Shown here: positions 44,716-56,817 of the stretch, piece after piece
Numbering within the stretch: position 1 is the stretch's first letter
How the letters are laid out: every line of letters begins with the position of its first letter
DNA from: Cladosporium halotolerans
Lineage: Eukaryota
Direction of reading: 5' to 3'
NCBI RefSeq assembly: GCF_011745625.1
Contig: NW_027191469.1
Span: 186,001 to 250,000, forward strand
DNA length: 64,000 nt
Notes under the pieces: generated by a model
Told to the model about the DNA's origin: nothing
Database searches by the model: none
The model's input: the letters and a program-made list of their open reading frames with translations, nothing else
Translations under genes and position numbers: made by a program

Positions 44716-47103
44716 TTACATGACCATGAGCTTCGTCGTGCGTCGCTCGGCCATGAGGCCACGCCTGTCAACAGGCGCGCTGAGGCCGCCCGGCGGCCCT
44801 CCTCCCGGGTAAAGACCTGGGCCGCGAGGACCAGGTGGCCCGCGGCCTGGTGGGCCAACCATTCGAGGTTGAGAGCGCATGGCAGCCAACGCGTGGCGTT
44901 CGCAGTAGACGCGCCCTCGAATTTCGAAATAGTCTTCCGCCAGGACGATTCTGCAGTCTACGCAGGTGAAACAGCGCGGATGGAACTTCTTGTCCGTCGG
45001 CGGGCCGCCTTTGTTACCAGCGGAAGTGGTCGTTTCGAGGTACTGGCCCTCGATACCGCGGTGGCAACCTGCGCAGAGGGAGCCATTTGCCTCGTGGTAG
45101 TGGTGCTCGCAGTAGGGCTGGTTGTCGATAACGTAGAAGTCGGCGGTAGCGAAGGGCTGTGCGCAGGTGCGGCACGTGAAGCACTGCTTGTGCCAGCGAC
45201 CGGTCAAACGCCCATCGGCAGCCTTGACAGACTTGCCCTCAATGGTTTGGTTGCAGCCGCGGCAAATGGGTCTGACACCGGGAGTTGTGGGACGGCGGAT
45301 TCCTGGGGTTGGAGGTTGAGGATCAGAGAGCGCCGGTGGGAAAGGCGGCGGCGGCAGTCTCGTCTTAGGGGCATTAATATTAGATATAGGCGCAGCGGAA
45401 TTAGGAGGATCGTAATCGCTCGGTGATTTGGGAGGCGGTGCTGGTTTGGAAGGAGGCGGTGACACGCGCTTCCGAGGGCTGGTGTTGATTTTGAGAGGTG
45501 GCGGCTTGACATGCTGAACGTCGTCCTCCCAGGGCTGGTTGTGAGACACCCTTGCGTTGAAGTTGGGGTCGACAGGCGACTCTTCAGGGGTTTCGATGGC
45601 TGCCGGAATCTTCGGCGGCGTGCCTGGGCTAATGGCTTCAGGTCTGGGTCGAGCAAAGTTCCTGGGCGGCGATTTGTTTTCGGTTTGAACGGTCGGCTTC
45701 TCAGGCTGCCTGAAGCTCAAGCCGGCCGGCTTCATCTGCTCCTCCTGTCCGTAGGAGGCGAGCTCTTCCCTCAGCGGCGAGAAGGCATCAAAGCTGCTGG
45801 CAGCGCTGGTGCTCGGGCTGGGGCCGCCGGCACTGCTGCCAGCGTAGGAGTGCTTCGATCCGTTTGACGAAGAAGACTGTGACGACGCATGCGAGTAGTT
45901 TTGCCTGTGTTCCTGGACGGCCTTGGGGACTGGCGGTGCATCTTGTAGACGGTGGTCCATTCTGTTTCCTCGCTGAGCAGCCGGATGTCCCAGAATGTCG
46001 ATAGAGCTGACAGAGTTGACTGCCGAGCTCGGAGCACGCGGCCTGCCTGAGAAAGGCTCTGTCGATGAACGAGACAAGCCGGGAGAAGGTTGGCTCTCGT
46101 CGCTGCCTGAACGGTGAAGAGGGAATGTCTGGCTACGATCTGAACTGCGCAAAGGAACTGGGGGTTGCGGTGGGAGGGCACTCTCTGATATGGGCTCGTG
46201 GCTGAACTTGTCCAGGAACGTGGGAGACAGCACTTCTTCTTGCGGTCTAGCAGGCCTAACAGGTGGCTCCCTCTTGCCATCTGAACGGTGCGAGTTTGCA
46301 GTCGCAGGTCTTGAGATGGGATCGTCCTGCGAACGAAGGCTGTGTGTATCGCTGGGCCTCCGCCCGTCTACGTGTGCCGACAAGGGCGCAACAATATTGG
46401 GGTTGCTAGGTTTTCTCAGCCCATTCACAGTGCTTCCTTGAGACGTGATCGGCCTGTCCAGTTTGCTCCCTCCTCGTGACTGCGCCCGCTCTCGCGTTCC
46501 CCTATGCGAATGGCTCGTCGATGGCCTGCTAATAGGCTGACCGGGATAAAAGGGCGGGAAGGCGCAATCGTAGCCGCCAGTAAGTTCTGGGCTAGGCGGG
46601 CGAGGGTCGAACAAGCGAGGCATAGGACTCGTAGCGCTTCGTAGAGGCGGCGGTCTCCTCCCCGCGCTACTTCCTGAACGCACACTTGATGCAGGTGATA
46701 TGGGCGAGCGTGATGAAGGAGACGAAGGATGAGGCGCAAGGAAGGGCCTGTTAGCAGCATCCGGGTTGATTCTTGGAGGCGCAGGCCTTGTGGGTTTGGA
46801 AACTGGCGCGTCGGACGATCCAACAGTAGGCGCTCGCACTCTCGTCACGGGCGGCGCAGGTTGCGTGGTGTAATTCGCAGTTGGAGGAGGGCTTGCAGGC
46901 TCCGAATCTGACGCGATCGAGTCCATCGTGTACGGGTTTTGTGATTTCGACTTCGCGCTCGTCGCTGAAGCAGGCGTTTTCTCGCAGACGTGTTCTCCCA
47001 TGGCAGCGATCTCGATTTCATTCCCGCAATCCGAGCATTTGATAGCCGGCAGAAAACTGGCGGGCCTCATGCCGCCAGCGGCCAGTGTCGCTGCAAGCGG
47101 CAT
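44716..47103 (-). CDS. LIM-domain protein (paxillin/Pxl1-like)
   Basis: N-terminal CSDC...HVC zinc knuckle, Pro/Ser-rich middle, two C-terminal LIM domains (CRGC..WHKQCFTCRTC..PYCEHH; CAGC..FHPRCFTCVDC..YCERH). Confidence 0.88.
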   Translation of the reverse strand: MPLAATLAAGGMRPASFLPAIKCSDCGNEIEIAAMGEHVCEKTPASATSAKSKSQNPYTMDSIASDSEPASPPPTANYTTQPAPPVTRVRAPTVGSSDAPVSKPTRPAPPRINPDAANRPFLAPHPSSPSSRSPISPASSVRSGSSAGRRPPPLRSATSPMPRLFDPRPPSPELTGGYDCAFPPFYPGQPISRPSTSHSHRGTRERAQSRGGSKLDRPITSQGSTVNGLRKPSNPNIVAPLSAHVDGRRPSDTHSLRSQDDPISRPATANSHRSDGKREPPVRPARPQEEVLSPTFLDKFSHEPISESALPPQPPVPLRSSDRSQTFPLHRSGSDESQPSPGLSRSSTEPFSGRPRAPSSAVNSVSSIDILGHPAAQRGNRMDHRLQDAPPVPKAVQEHRQNYSHASSQSSSSNGSKHSYAGSSAGGPSPSTSAASSFDAFSPLREELASYGQEEQMKPAGLSFRQPEKPTVQTENKSPPRNFARPRPEAISPGTPPKIPAAIETPEESPVDPNFNARVSHNQPWEDDVQHVKPPPLKINTSPRKRVSPPPSKPAPPPKSPSDYDPPNSAAPISNINAPKTRLPPPPFPPALSDPQPPTPGIRRPTTPGVRPICRGCNQTIEGKSVKAADGRLTGRWHKQCFTCRTCAQPFATADFYVIDNQPYCEHHYHEANGSLCAGCHRGIEGQYLETTTSAGNKGGPPTDKKFHPRCFTCVDCRIVLAEDYFEIRGRVYCERHALAAMRSQPRMVGPPGRGPPGPRGPGLYPGGGPPGGLSAPVDRRGLMAERRTTKLMVM

Positions 47104-49373
47104 TTTCGTGTGTGTTGTTGTTGTTGTGGCGTCCCAGAAGCGCGGCGTGAAGATGTGCGCTACTTTGGCAGTAGGATCAGTAGTCTCCGAGCATAAGGGG
47201 GTCGCGTGCGCCTGATCGTTGGTTCAGGAGGTGGGTGGTTGGTTTAGAATTATCTGCCACGAGGCTTTTGCGCCAATGATCCACTATATCCAAGTAATGC
47301 TAAGTATGAAGGCAAGACATGTGCAGGTGTGAAGAGACGCTAAGTGCGACAACGAGAGACAAGATGCAGGAGTGAAGACTCGAGGTGAAACAGTCAAGGG
47401 GACGTGCAGCGAGCGTGGTTGCGAGAAGGCGGGTGGTAGTATGAAGACGAGCGACTCGAAGGCAGGCCACGGCAGGCCAAGCGTAGCGTTCGACGAAGTG
47501 GACGATCTTGCTGAAGGAAGCAGACGGCCAGGGCAACGAGCAGCGCTTGCCAGGATGTGGCGTGTGTGTGCCCAAGGGGATGAACGACGGTTTGTGGGCG
47601 GTCCGGGAACAGTTACGCTTGTGAAATGAGGTGGACAATGCGCATACCCCCTGGCGCGCATTCGATAGCACGTGCGCAGGCGCTGGCCAGACTTCGACAT
47701 GCTTGCAAACCCGGTTGGCCTTACGGACGCCGCTGCCGCGGTACCGTCGGGTGCGAACAATGTGGTGGCTACAGGTTCGTGGGTGGCTTCGTTGGTGCTG
47801 TGGGCGCCGCCGCGGCTGCAAGGGTGAAGTCGAAGCCTGCGTTCTTTGCGGTATGGCAACGCACCTCAGGCCAGCCAGCCCTGGAGCCCGCTCGCCAGCC
47901 GCTACCCACGCCCGGACCCTTATCTCCTGCACATCACCCTGTGCCTGCAGCAACTACACACGAAAAAAGGCCCGCCCGTCCATCCGCTTGCCCCGTTCGA
48001 GCCGGCGTCTCCGCAGCAAGCTGGTCGGCCGGCTCGCGACGTGGTCGCTGCGGAGATTTCGAGCGGCTACGCGCCGTCGCTTCGATGCGCCTCTGCCGCC
48101 CGGCAGACGCCAATGGCAAGTGAGAGGGCCTGGACGCCTGCGGCGGCGACGCCGTGAGCCTGTATGGAGAGCCCCCGACTTGCTGATGGCATACTCGCTA
48201 TAGTGTGACCACCGCCCCATCACCTACAAGGCGCTGCAAGCCAGCGACTCGATCATCCAGGCGGCGGCTGGAGCGTAGCCTTGCAGAGCGACTTGCAGAC
48301 GCTAGGGATCCCTCGCCGTGACCGCAAGGTTGCGGCAGAATTGCGCCTGTAGATCTCTCCCCACGCCTCACGGCAAGCGTGAACGACGTGCCCGAGCGAA
48401 GTCGCGACATCCTCGTGAGTTCTCGGCACGTGCGTCCGGCGATTGCTACGTGAAACCACTACTGACACGCCGTCAGGGTGCATCCCACGGTACTAAAGCA
48501 TGATATATGATGTCAAAGCCCACGAAGAAGCCCTACTGGCGTGCAGACCATACCACGCGACCAGAGAAGCTGCCGATCGTCCTCTCTGTGACGACAGGCC
48601 GGACTAACCTTACCGGCATCATTTGCCTGATTGCGCAAGGCCATGCCCTGAATGTTTGGAGCTAGAGGTGTCACAGTCATGGTGGGATGCCGGACAGGTC
48701 TCGGAGCGATCGCAATGTAGTAATCTCGCCGCTGACGAGGCCTTTATATCAGGCTTCTAATTCTCATTGGCAGGTTACTAGTCCGTTCAGAATGCCAATC
48801 ATGTTCGGGTGTAGGTCTTTGCTTTAAACCCTTAGCATGTTAATTCGTTTGTTTGTGACCAGTCATGGGTAGGTGTACGTAGGTGTCTGGGCGTCAGATG
48901 TGATGTGTTCAAGGATGTATTGGATGTCTGTGACCAATTAATGGTTGTCAGGTGTGGACAGACCAATGATGAGTGGATTGTTTCCTGTTTCCCACGTCAT
49001 TGTACATTGCACCATTTGACTCATAATTGAATTGTTGATGGCAAGGCATTTGATTTGTGTTCTTCGACGAGCATCCGCAGCTTCGGCAGTCGTAAGTGAC
49101 AGAGCCATCGCCTTCGAGCTCACACTTGTGCCTAGCAACCAATGCGCCAGGTTCGTTGCATCAGACGTTCTTCCGCGCAAATGAGACGCGCACTCCGGTG
49201 TCGACGTTCTCGCAACTAGGCCAAATGACCTCGCGGCTCGGTTCAGCGCACGTTGGCTGTCGTCCGGAGTGAGATGCGTCCATACTCCGCAATGCCCTGC
49301 CAGCTCTTTCCAAGTTTTCAAGATCTCATCTCCAGGCAATCCATAGATATCAACCACCCCAATTGCCCACCCC

Positions 49374-50179
49374 TCAATTAAGCTTTACCCTCCACCCCTT
49401 AACCAAATACCCTCCAACAACCTTCCCCAAACACGCACCGACATAAACCCCCACCAGAACCGTGACCGGCCACCTCTGCCACTCGCGATCCCAATCGAGC
49501 GGAATCGGCACCGCGCCGAACCACGCGCCCAGCACCGCGCCCAAACTCATGCCGTAGACCTCATCGAGCGGCAGCTGCAAGCTCGCGGCCTGCATCCAGA
49601 CGCGGACGTCGAGCCCGTGGACGTAGAAGAGCTGGGGCGTGGCGAGCAGGCCGAGGTGGGCGGCGAGCAGGATCGTGTGCGCTTGGTGGGTGGTGAGGGG
49701 CGCGCCGAAGAAGATGAGGACGAGGAAGAGGGCGGGAATGGTGAGGGTTATTGTTAGGAGGAGGGAGAGGAAGGCGGGCTGTTTGGCGGTTTGTATTAGC
49801 GGTTGCGTTTCGTTTGAGGTAAGGGTGTGGGCGTGGGACGTACGACTGCTCTAGCTCCAAAGTCCTGGGAGGGTTTGGCCTGCTTCTTCCATTTGTTCTT
49901 AGGCTGGGGCGGCGCCTGGCCTGTGGATGGGAGGCAGAGGAAGCAGTAGAGGGCCTGGAGGATGATCACGACAGGCGCGGCTCTAGCCAGAGTCATGACG
50001 GGATCCTGAACCAGGCGGTTGAAGCTCAGGGCAAGACCAGAGAGCAAGATGACCGGGTGCAGGTTGGCGGCTAGAAAGGAGTACTGATCGTGTAGTAGTT
50101 CGGTAGGTTTGGCTTGTGGCAGGGGAGTCGGCGCCGGCTTGGAAGCCGGTATGGGCTTGATGCCGGGCGTGGAGCTCAT
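49374..50179 (-). CDS. GPI11: GPI-anchor biosynthesis protein PIG-F/Gpi11; exons 50179-49844, 49778-49374
   Basis: LIFFGAPLTTH..TILLAAHL and GAWFGAVPIPLDWDREWQRWP signature. Intron GTACGT..GCTAAT..CAG keeps the frame. Confidence 0.92.
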
Positions 50180-51265
50180 TGTGGTGTTTGGTGGTCTGCG
50201 ACGCCTGTAGTTGTTCGCGATCGCAAGACGCGTAGGAGGAGCTTCAATGCGACTTTTCGGAGAGTCGGGCTTTGCGGCTTTTAGCTCTGGCACGGGGAAG
50301 CACGGGGTACCTCGATGTCCTGTCTTTACTTCTCACCTCACCTTGTCTGTACGTCTTATGTATTTGTTCAAGTATATCCTAGCCACAACTTCATGCGTCT
50401 TCCGTTCCGATGCATTCTGAAAGTTCGACTTACCGAGTATCAATCCCGTGCCTTACCTCCCAACTCTCATCCACCGCGCCACATCCAGCGCCCTTCCCGG
50501 AGTACAAACCCATTGTACCCTCCCATCCACACGCTCATAGGGCCCCGTGCCTCGCGCACTAGCGGCTTGCCATTCTGGGCGTCCAGTCTACGACCATACG
50601 TTACACAAGCCAAGGAAGTTGGTGGGTAGGATGGAATGGGGAGGGCAGCCCCAACCCTAGCCCTTGTAACACTATGGAGATGTTGGAGGTAGGTGTCGGG
50701 AGCGGTGTAGGGAGCAATTTGGGTGCGTGGAGGTGTCCATACTATAGATCCGTCGTGGAAAGTTTTCTCTGTCCGCGTGGACCGTCTGTGGTACGTATTG
50801 GCTTGCCGTGGCCGTGATGCGTTCTGGAGATCCGAGCTGGCCAGCGCCCACGCTTCCATCCATCTACCGTGGACACCTCCCTCCCCAACCACTCACCAGC
50901 TATCCAGAGATAGAATGTGAAACCTGTACAGACTCAAATATGAAAAGTCATTAATTACAATCCTCACGCATCCGATACACGAGACGGTATGTGCGATATC
51001 TACGTACAGAATATGTGCGCGGGCGCCCGATCCGATATGAACAGACGTGATCAGTGCCCCAGTCATAAATCCTCAATCCAAAAACGCCCCATAAACCCCG
51101 TAGACATATATGTCGTCTGTTTCGTGCGAGTCCATCGATATCCGCAAACGCCCAGAAATCCTCAAAAGAACAATCAGAAACTCAGTCTTGGTATCATCGT
51201 CATCGCATCCCGACCCCCCAAAACTCCTTCCAAAGCAAAAACCGCATCAAGCCCTCTCTCAAAGC

Positions 51266-54241
51266 TCAAGCCCCAACATCCCCCCACTCCGCAAAAGGAA
51301 ACTGGAACTCCTCGCTCCCACTTCCGCCAGCACTGCCACTGCCACTCCCACCACCAGCACCCAACCCCAACTCCGGCATCACAATCCCCGGGAACGCATT
51401 CGCCTCCTGCCCGCCCACGACCCCCGACCCATCACCCCAGCCCCCAAGAGTCAAATCCTCCGCGCTCCTCCCCCTCTCATCGGCCGTGCTCGCACTGTCG
51501 TAACTCCAAATACTCCCCGGCTGCGCCTGGCGGTCCGGCAGTCCCGCAGGAAGGGGCTGCGCGGTCGTCTGGCCCTGGTACAGAGACCAGAGATCCGCGT
51601 TCCAATCCAGCGCGCTAGCGCTCGCGGTCGGGAGCGCGGACGTCGAAGCGCGGTGCGGGTGTGGGTGCGGAGCGTTGTAGGAGTCGAGCAAGCCCTCGAT
51701 GGGCTGGCCGCCGTAGCAGGCGTCGAAGATGTTTGTTGTGGAGCCGTCGAGGGAGCCGAGGAGTTTCTCCCAGTCTGTGGGCTGGGGTTCGGGCTTGATG
51801 GGATGGGTGGTGGCGGAGGGAGTGGCGTGGGACGATGAAGGGTCCGCGGCGAAGGAGAGGTAGTCGAGGTTTGTGAGGTTTGGTTGGGGGTGGGCGGAGC
51901 GCTTTTTGGGCTTGAGGTGCGGGTGTTGGTGGTGAGGTGGGGCGGAAGGGTGGAGGGTGGTGGAAGCGGGGCGGGTGGAGATGTTGCTTGGGGAAAGGGC
52001 GGGTTCGGAGCGGGAGATGTTGACAGGTTCGTAGGTTTGTTGTTGGGGGGAGAGGGAGGGTTGGCTTTGCGCTTGGTTTGTCTTGAGGTAGGGGCCGAGA
52101 TTGGGGACGGTGGCTCGTCGGTCCTGGGTGTTGTTGTCGGTGGGAGTTGGTGCGATAGACGGGTTGAAGCGCGATGCGAGCGCCTTGAGCTGCTTCTTGG
52201 TTGAAGATTGTAGTGTTTGAGGTCGAGGAGCCGGCAGCGAGCCTTCGGAGTTGTGGCGGCTGGTTTTGCCCTTGGGCGAACTCTGACTGGTGGCTGGCTT
52301 CGGGGCAGCCACCTGCTCACCAGCAGGAACGAATGAATCGACGACCTTCTTGAACTCAGGAGCACATGGCGCATCGCTCTTGTTTAGAAGGTCCATCACA
52401 GAGGTGACAATCTTCTGACCCTCCTTGAGAATCTTCGAGCCAGGGTCCAGAGTCAATCTCTGGAACAGAAGACCAAAGCCGGACAGCACCAAGACCTCAT
52501 CCTTGTTCAAGCAGAAAGAGAAGCTTAAACTCCTCTCTTCCAGAAGCTGGACGATCTGGACGACGGACTTGCACGAGCTAGCGAGGGCGAGCATTGCCGA
52601 GGAAGACTTCGACCCGAGCGAAGCACAAACAGCAGGGCGCTGAATGAGAGCGCGGATGTAGTGGTAAGCCATCGACAAGATGGGTGAGCGACTGCTGATT
52701 GTTCCGACAGTGGGCTTGTCCTGAGCGAAATGAAGACGAAGGTGTTGCGGAAGCGTGCTGTGCCAGTTGTCGAGCTCGTCAGACAGGTCGGACAACGTCT
52801 TCAGAGACAGGTCGTAAGAAGTCTTGGCCGGAAAGACCTCCTCAAGAACCTTGGACAGGATCCTGGACGCTCTGAATAGAGCCAGCGCGCTGGACAACTT
52901 GGTCGACTCGCCAGGAAGAGTCGGCTGGAAGCCACGCTCGGTGACATACTCATCGTCAGCATCGACGGGGAATTCGCAGTGGACGTCGTCATCCTTGATG
53001 TTCTTCGGCAGTCCCAAAACAACCGATGAGAAACTGAGGACAGAGTTAGCCTATTGAACCTTCGCTCATCAGTCTAACTTAAACTTACCAATCAACCGTA
53101 TACAGCGTCCAGAAAACCTTCTTCCTCGTCTCACAAGTCAGCGTGCCCAGCGCAAACCTCTTCTGCGACTGATGCAAGCCCAGGCGCGCCGAAAGCGTCG
53201 TCGACAGCCCCTTATAAGTCAACAGGCGGGTCAAGTCGCCCTGCTGGATGCAGAAGATCTGCGCCAGGATCAACGCCTGCAGCGTGCCCATACTGTTCTC
53301 CGTCAGTACGGAGTCGACAGCGGCCTTCCACTGCGTTTCGAAGCTCTCGATGTCGTCCGTCGACCGGTTGCCACCAGACATGGCGGCGACGCCGAAGACG
53401 AGGTTGAGCTGGGCGATCTCGACTTTGTCGGTGACGGCGTCGGAGTCAGTTGTGTAGCGCTCGTAGAGCGTGAGGAAAGTCGGTCTGTGCAGGATGGGGA
53501 ACAAAGGTGCCCATTCCTGGAAGAATATATTGACCAGCTGGTCGGAGACCATACGCGACGGCGCTCTCCACACGACAGAACTAGCCGGCGTCGAAGGCGA
53601 GTCGTCTGTCTTCTCCGAGCGAGTGGCCAGCAGACGTTCAGTGCTGATATCTGCCGTCGACCGGCCGCTCTCCTGGACCTTGTGCTTGAACGCCTCGATG
53701 AAAGTGCGCGCGCTGGACGTGCCAGCAAAATACGAGTCGGTGCCTTCGCCCTGCAGCGACGGCGACTGCTGGACCTTAAACGTCTCGTCCGGCTCAGACT
53801 CGTCCTTCTTCTCCGACTGGACCGACGACCGGCGGGGCGACGGCAACTGGATGGCGCGCGGCGACTGGGAGTGGATGCGCGAGAGCATGTCGATCTTTTC
53901 GTCCTTCTCGTCCAGCAGGTCCTTCAGCTCGCGGACTTCAGTCTCCAGAGCGCGCACGCGCTCTTCCAGGCTCTCGGTGTAGCCGCGCGGGAAAGCGCGG
54001 CGGCTCAGCTTGTCGCTGGTCTTGCACTCGAAGCCGACGTTGGCGCATTGCGAGCAGCACGGCCGCACGCCATCGCAGCGAATCTTCTTACTTCGGCATC
54101 TGGGGAGCTGGGGTCAGCATACGTTTCATGCTGTGACGTGACATGGAGGTTATGCAGCACATACCTGTCGCAGGCCTGCGCGATTCTCGACTGCGCGCTG
54201 GAGCCCACCTTGATGACTTTCATGGGGAGGATGCCCGGCAT
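51266..54241 (-). CDS. facB: Zn(II)2Cys6 acetate-utilisation regulator FacB/Acu-15 (Cat8 family); exons 54241-54165, 54099-53089, 53033-51266
   Basis: [70 protein letters not shown]; fungal TF middle region ([19 protein letters not shown]). Spliced length 2856 nt is in frame. Confidence 0.92.
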
Positions 54242-56817
54242 GACGGGCGGAGGGGCCAGCGAGCTGGCTAGGGCGAGGTTGTGTTACAACTTGGGCGAGA
54301 CCGGTCGTCCGTCGCACGCGGTGGAGCGAGATGCCTCGATCGTCACGGCGCGGAAAGTGATTCGTTCGTGTAGATGTGTGTTCCTGCGTGGTGCAGAGGA
54401 GCGAGTCGTCGATGAGGAAGTAAGCGGAAATGTGTTCCCGCTTGGTGCAGAGAACCGTGTAGTCGGTATGAGAGTAAGCAGAATCACAAGGGCTCACTTA
54501 TGGCATTAATCAGGAGGAAAGGCTCCGGAGGGCGGAGGCGGAGAGGTCAAGGATATCAAGCGATCCGGGGAGCAGAGTGGGGCGAACAGCGGTCCTAATC
54601 ACGTTGGAGTCGGCAGGCTCTAGCGGGCGATCGCCAGCATCATCGTCAGAGGCAGAGCGCACGGGTGCAGAGCAGAGCGAGGGACGAGCGAGAAGTGCAC
54701 GGAGGAAACGGGGCGAGGATGTGGCCTCTAGAGTTCTGAGGGAGCCAGAGAAAGAATCCGGGGTGCGGGAGCGAAACGGAGGGAGGCAGCCACACCAGAT
54801 CACCGCCCGGCGCCTCACACGAGCAGTTTGCGGAGAAGGGCCTTGGAGGAGGGCATTGGCGCCGCGTGATTGGGCCCGGCCGCCGCCAGCAGCGCAGGAT
54901 CGCCTCTGCCGTCGGTGGGGGAGGCATGCTAAGGCGAGCGAAGGGTGGGCGGCGAATCACGCATGTGCATGCTCACCCGGCCGGCAGAGCGCGCAGCCCA
55001 TTCGCACGGTGGAAACTCGCCAGTTGGACTGACTGCCACTGACACGAGCGACACGAGCGACCGAGGACCATCGAGGACGACCTGCCGTTGCCGGTGGAGC
55101 AGCGCCGGCGCGGACGCAAACGGTCGTGGAGGGTCTTCGGCACGTCGCCATCTGTCTGTCGGACGCATTGCGGAAAGCGTCCAGCGGCCTCCGAGCCTGC
55201 TGAACTCGTCGACAACCCAAAACTACCGTACGGACCCAAAAACCCAGTGTGCGGGGTCGGCGATGGCCAGTTCTGCGGTCTGCATGCGTGTGAGACGCAG
55301 CCATACGGCGCCCTCTATTTGTCAGTCTCTTCTCCAGCTTCCCCAGCCTTGTCACGGCGCAAACCCCGGAGCGAAATGGCTGGGCGTCCTGGCAGACTGG
55401 GGGCGACAAGCCTTGGGGCATGAGATCATCTGCAGGAAGCCCAGTGCCTAGGTAGGTCCAGTACCCGTATGAATGTACACAGGAGACAAGCCCGGCAGCC
55501 CTGAACAACGAGTCGCCGATCGCTACACATCATGCCTCCAGCAAAGTCGCAACAGCCATCTCGATCGGCACCCGCGAGCAAGCTGCGACAATTCCACATG
55601 ACCAATGCGTACAGTAAGTTGAAACTCATAATCCTTCCCCCCCGCGAACCGTCCCGCCTGGCTGGAGCGGTGGCGTGGGGCCCAGCCGGACGCCAACTCT
55701 ATGCCTTTACCGCTGCGCTCGTATGCAGCTACCGTGCAGAGCAAGTCGCCTGTCAGTCAGTTCTGCATCGCGATGCGAGCAAGCTTTCGGCTGGCGTCTC
55801 CCCGGTCGTTCGTCGCTGGGGCAGGCAGCGCAGCAAGCTTTCCGCGATTGACGCGTGCATCAGTAGCGCACTGCTGCCTTCGATAATCGATACAGTGAAG
55901 GTATAGCAAGGTACGGTACCTCGACACACGTCGTCGCGAAGATCTCGAGCCCTGTCGGGCTGCAGGCCCGAATGCACGTCCTCGGTGATCAATGAAAAGA
56001 CAAGAGAAAGAGAAAAAGAGGAAAAAGACTCATCACATGTTTCAGGCCATCCAGCAGAACCAGAGGGTGTCGAGCTTCCCGGCTTAGATACCGCAAAGAA
56101 AGGGCGGTCCGGTCAAGTCGTTACGCACGCAAGCCGTTTTCGTTCTGTGGATGCTGTAACAGAGTTGACATGCGACGCGGAAAGCGTTTCGGCAATCGAT
56201 ACCCCCCAAGCACGTGATTCTAGTTCAGTCCAGTTCCAACATCGCAAACATCGCAAAACGCGCATTTCCACTCCCTAGCACCTGGCTGGCCGTCTCTGTC
56301 TCAAACATGAACTACCGACCGACAAGCAACCAGCGGCTCGGCTGCCTTTACCGGCCGCTCTCAAACCCACCGCGCTATAGGTAACCTTAATGCTCCGCGC
56401 CGACAGTATCATTAGTCGTGGAGCGGCGACGATCATGACGAAACAGCTTTTAAGGTACGTTAGCTTCGACGTGACACGGTGTGACGAGTTTGAGTTTTGG
56501 ACTTGTGCTAACGAGGGCACGAGACTCGTGACTACTGTTTCTGAGGCGGCTCTGCTGGCTGCTCGCCGACGTCCGGAGCAGCTCCGAGATTCAGGGTTGC
56601 TGGGCCGAGCAGAGAGATCGGCTACGGTACCGTTCGAGCATGTTTGGTCTAGACTAACAAAACACGCGCTCTCTGTTCTGACTCTCCGCGGACGCTGCTC
56701 TGCGCGCCTCAAAAGGGCAAGCGAGCCGTCCACGTCGTCCGCACGCATTCATACACAGCTATTGCGTGCTCGCCCGGCAGTTGGCTGGCCGCGTCCCAGA
56801 CGGTTCTCACTCTCAGC

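Noticed and set aside
53172..54509. Long antisense or alternative-frame ORFs (445 aa here; also 33707-34633, 35650-36594, 32492-33382, 32371-33465)
   Set aside because: Shadows of high-GC3 genes on the opposite strand or in another frame; no recognisable domains.
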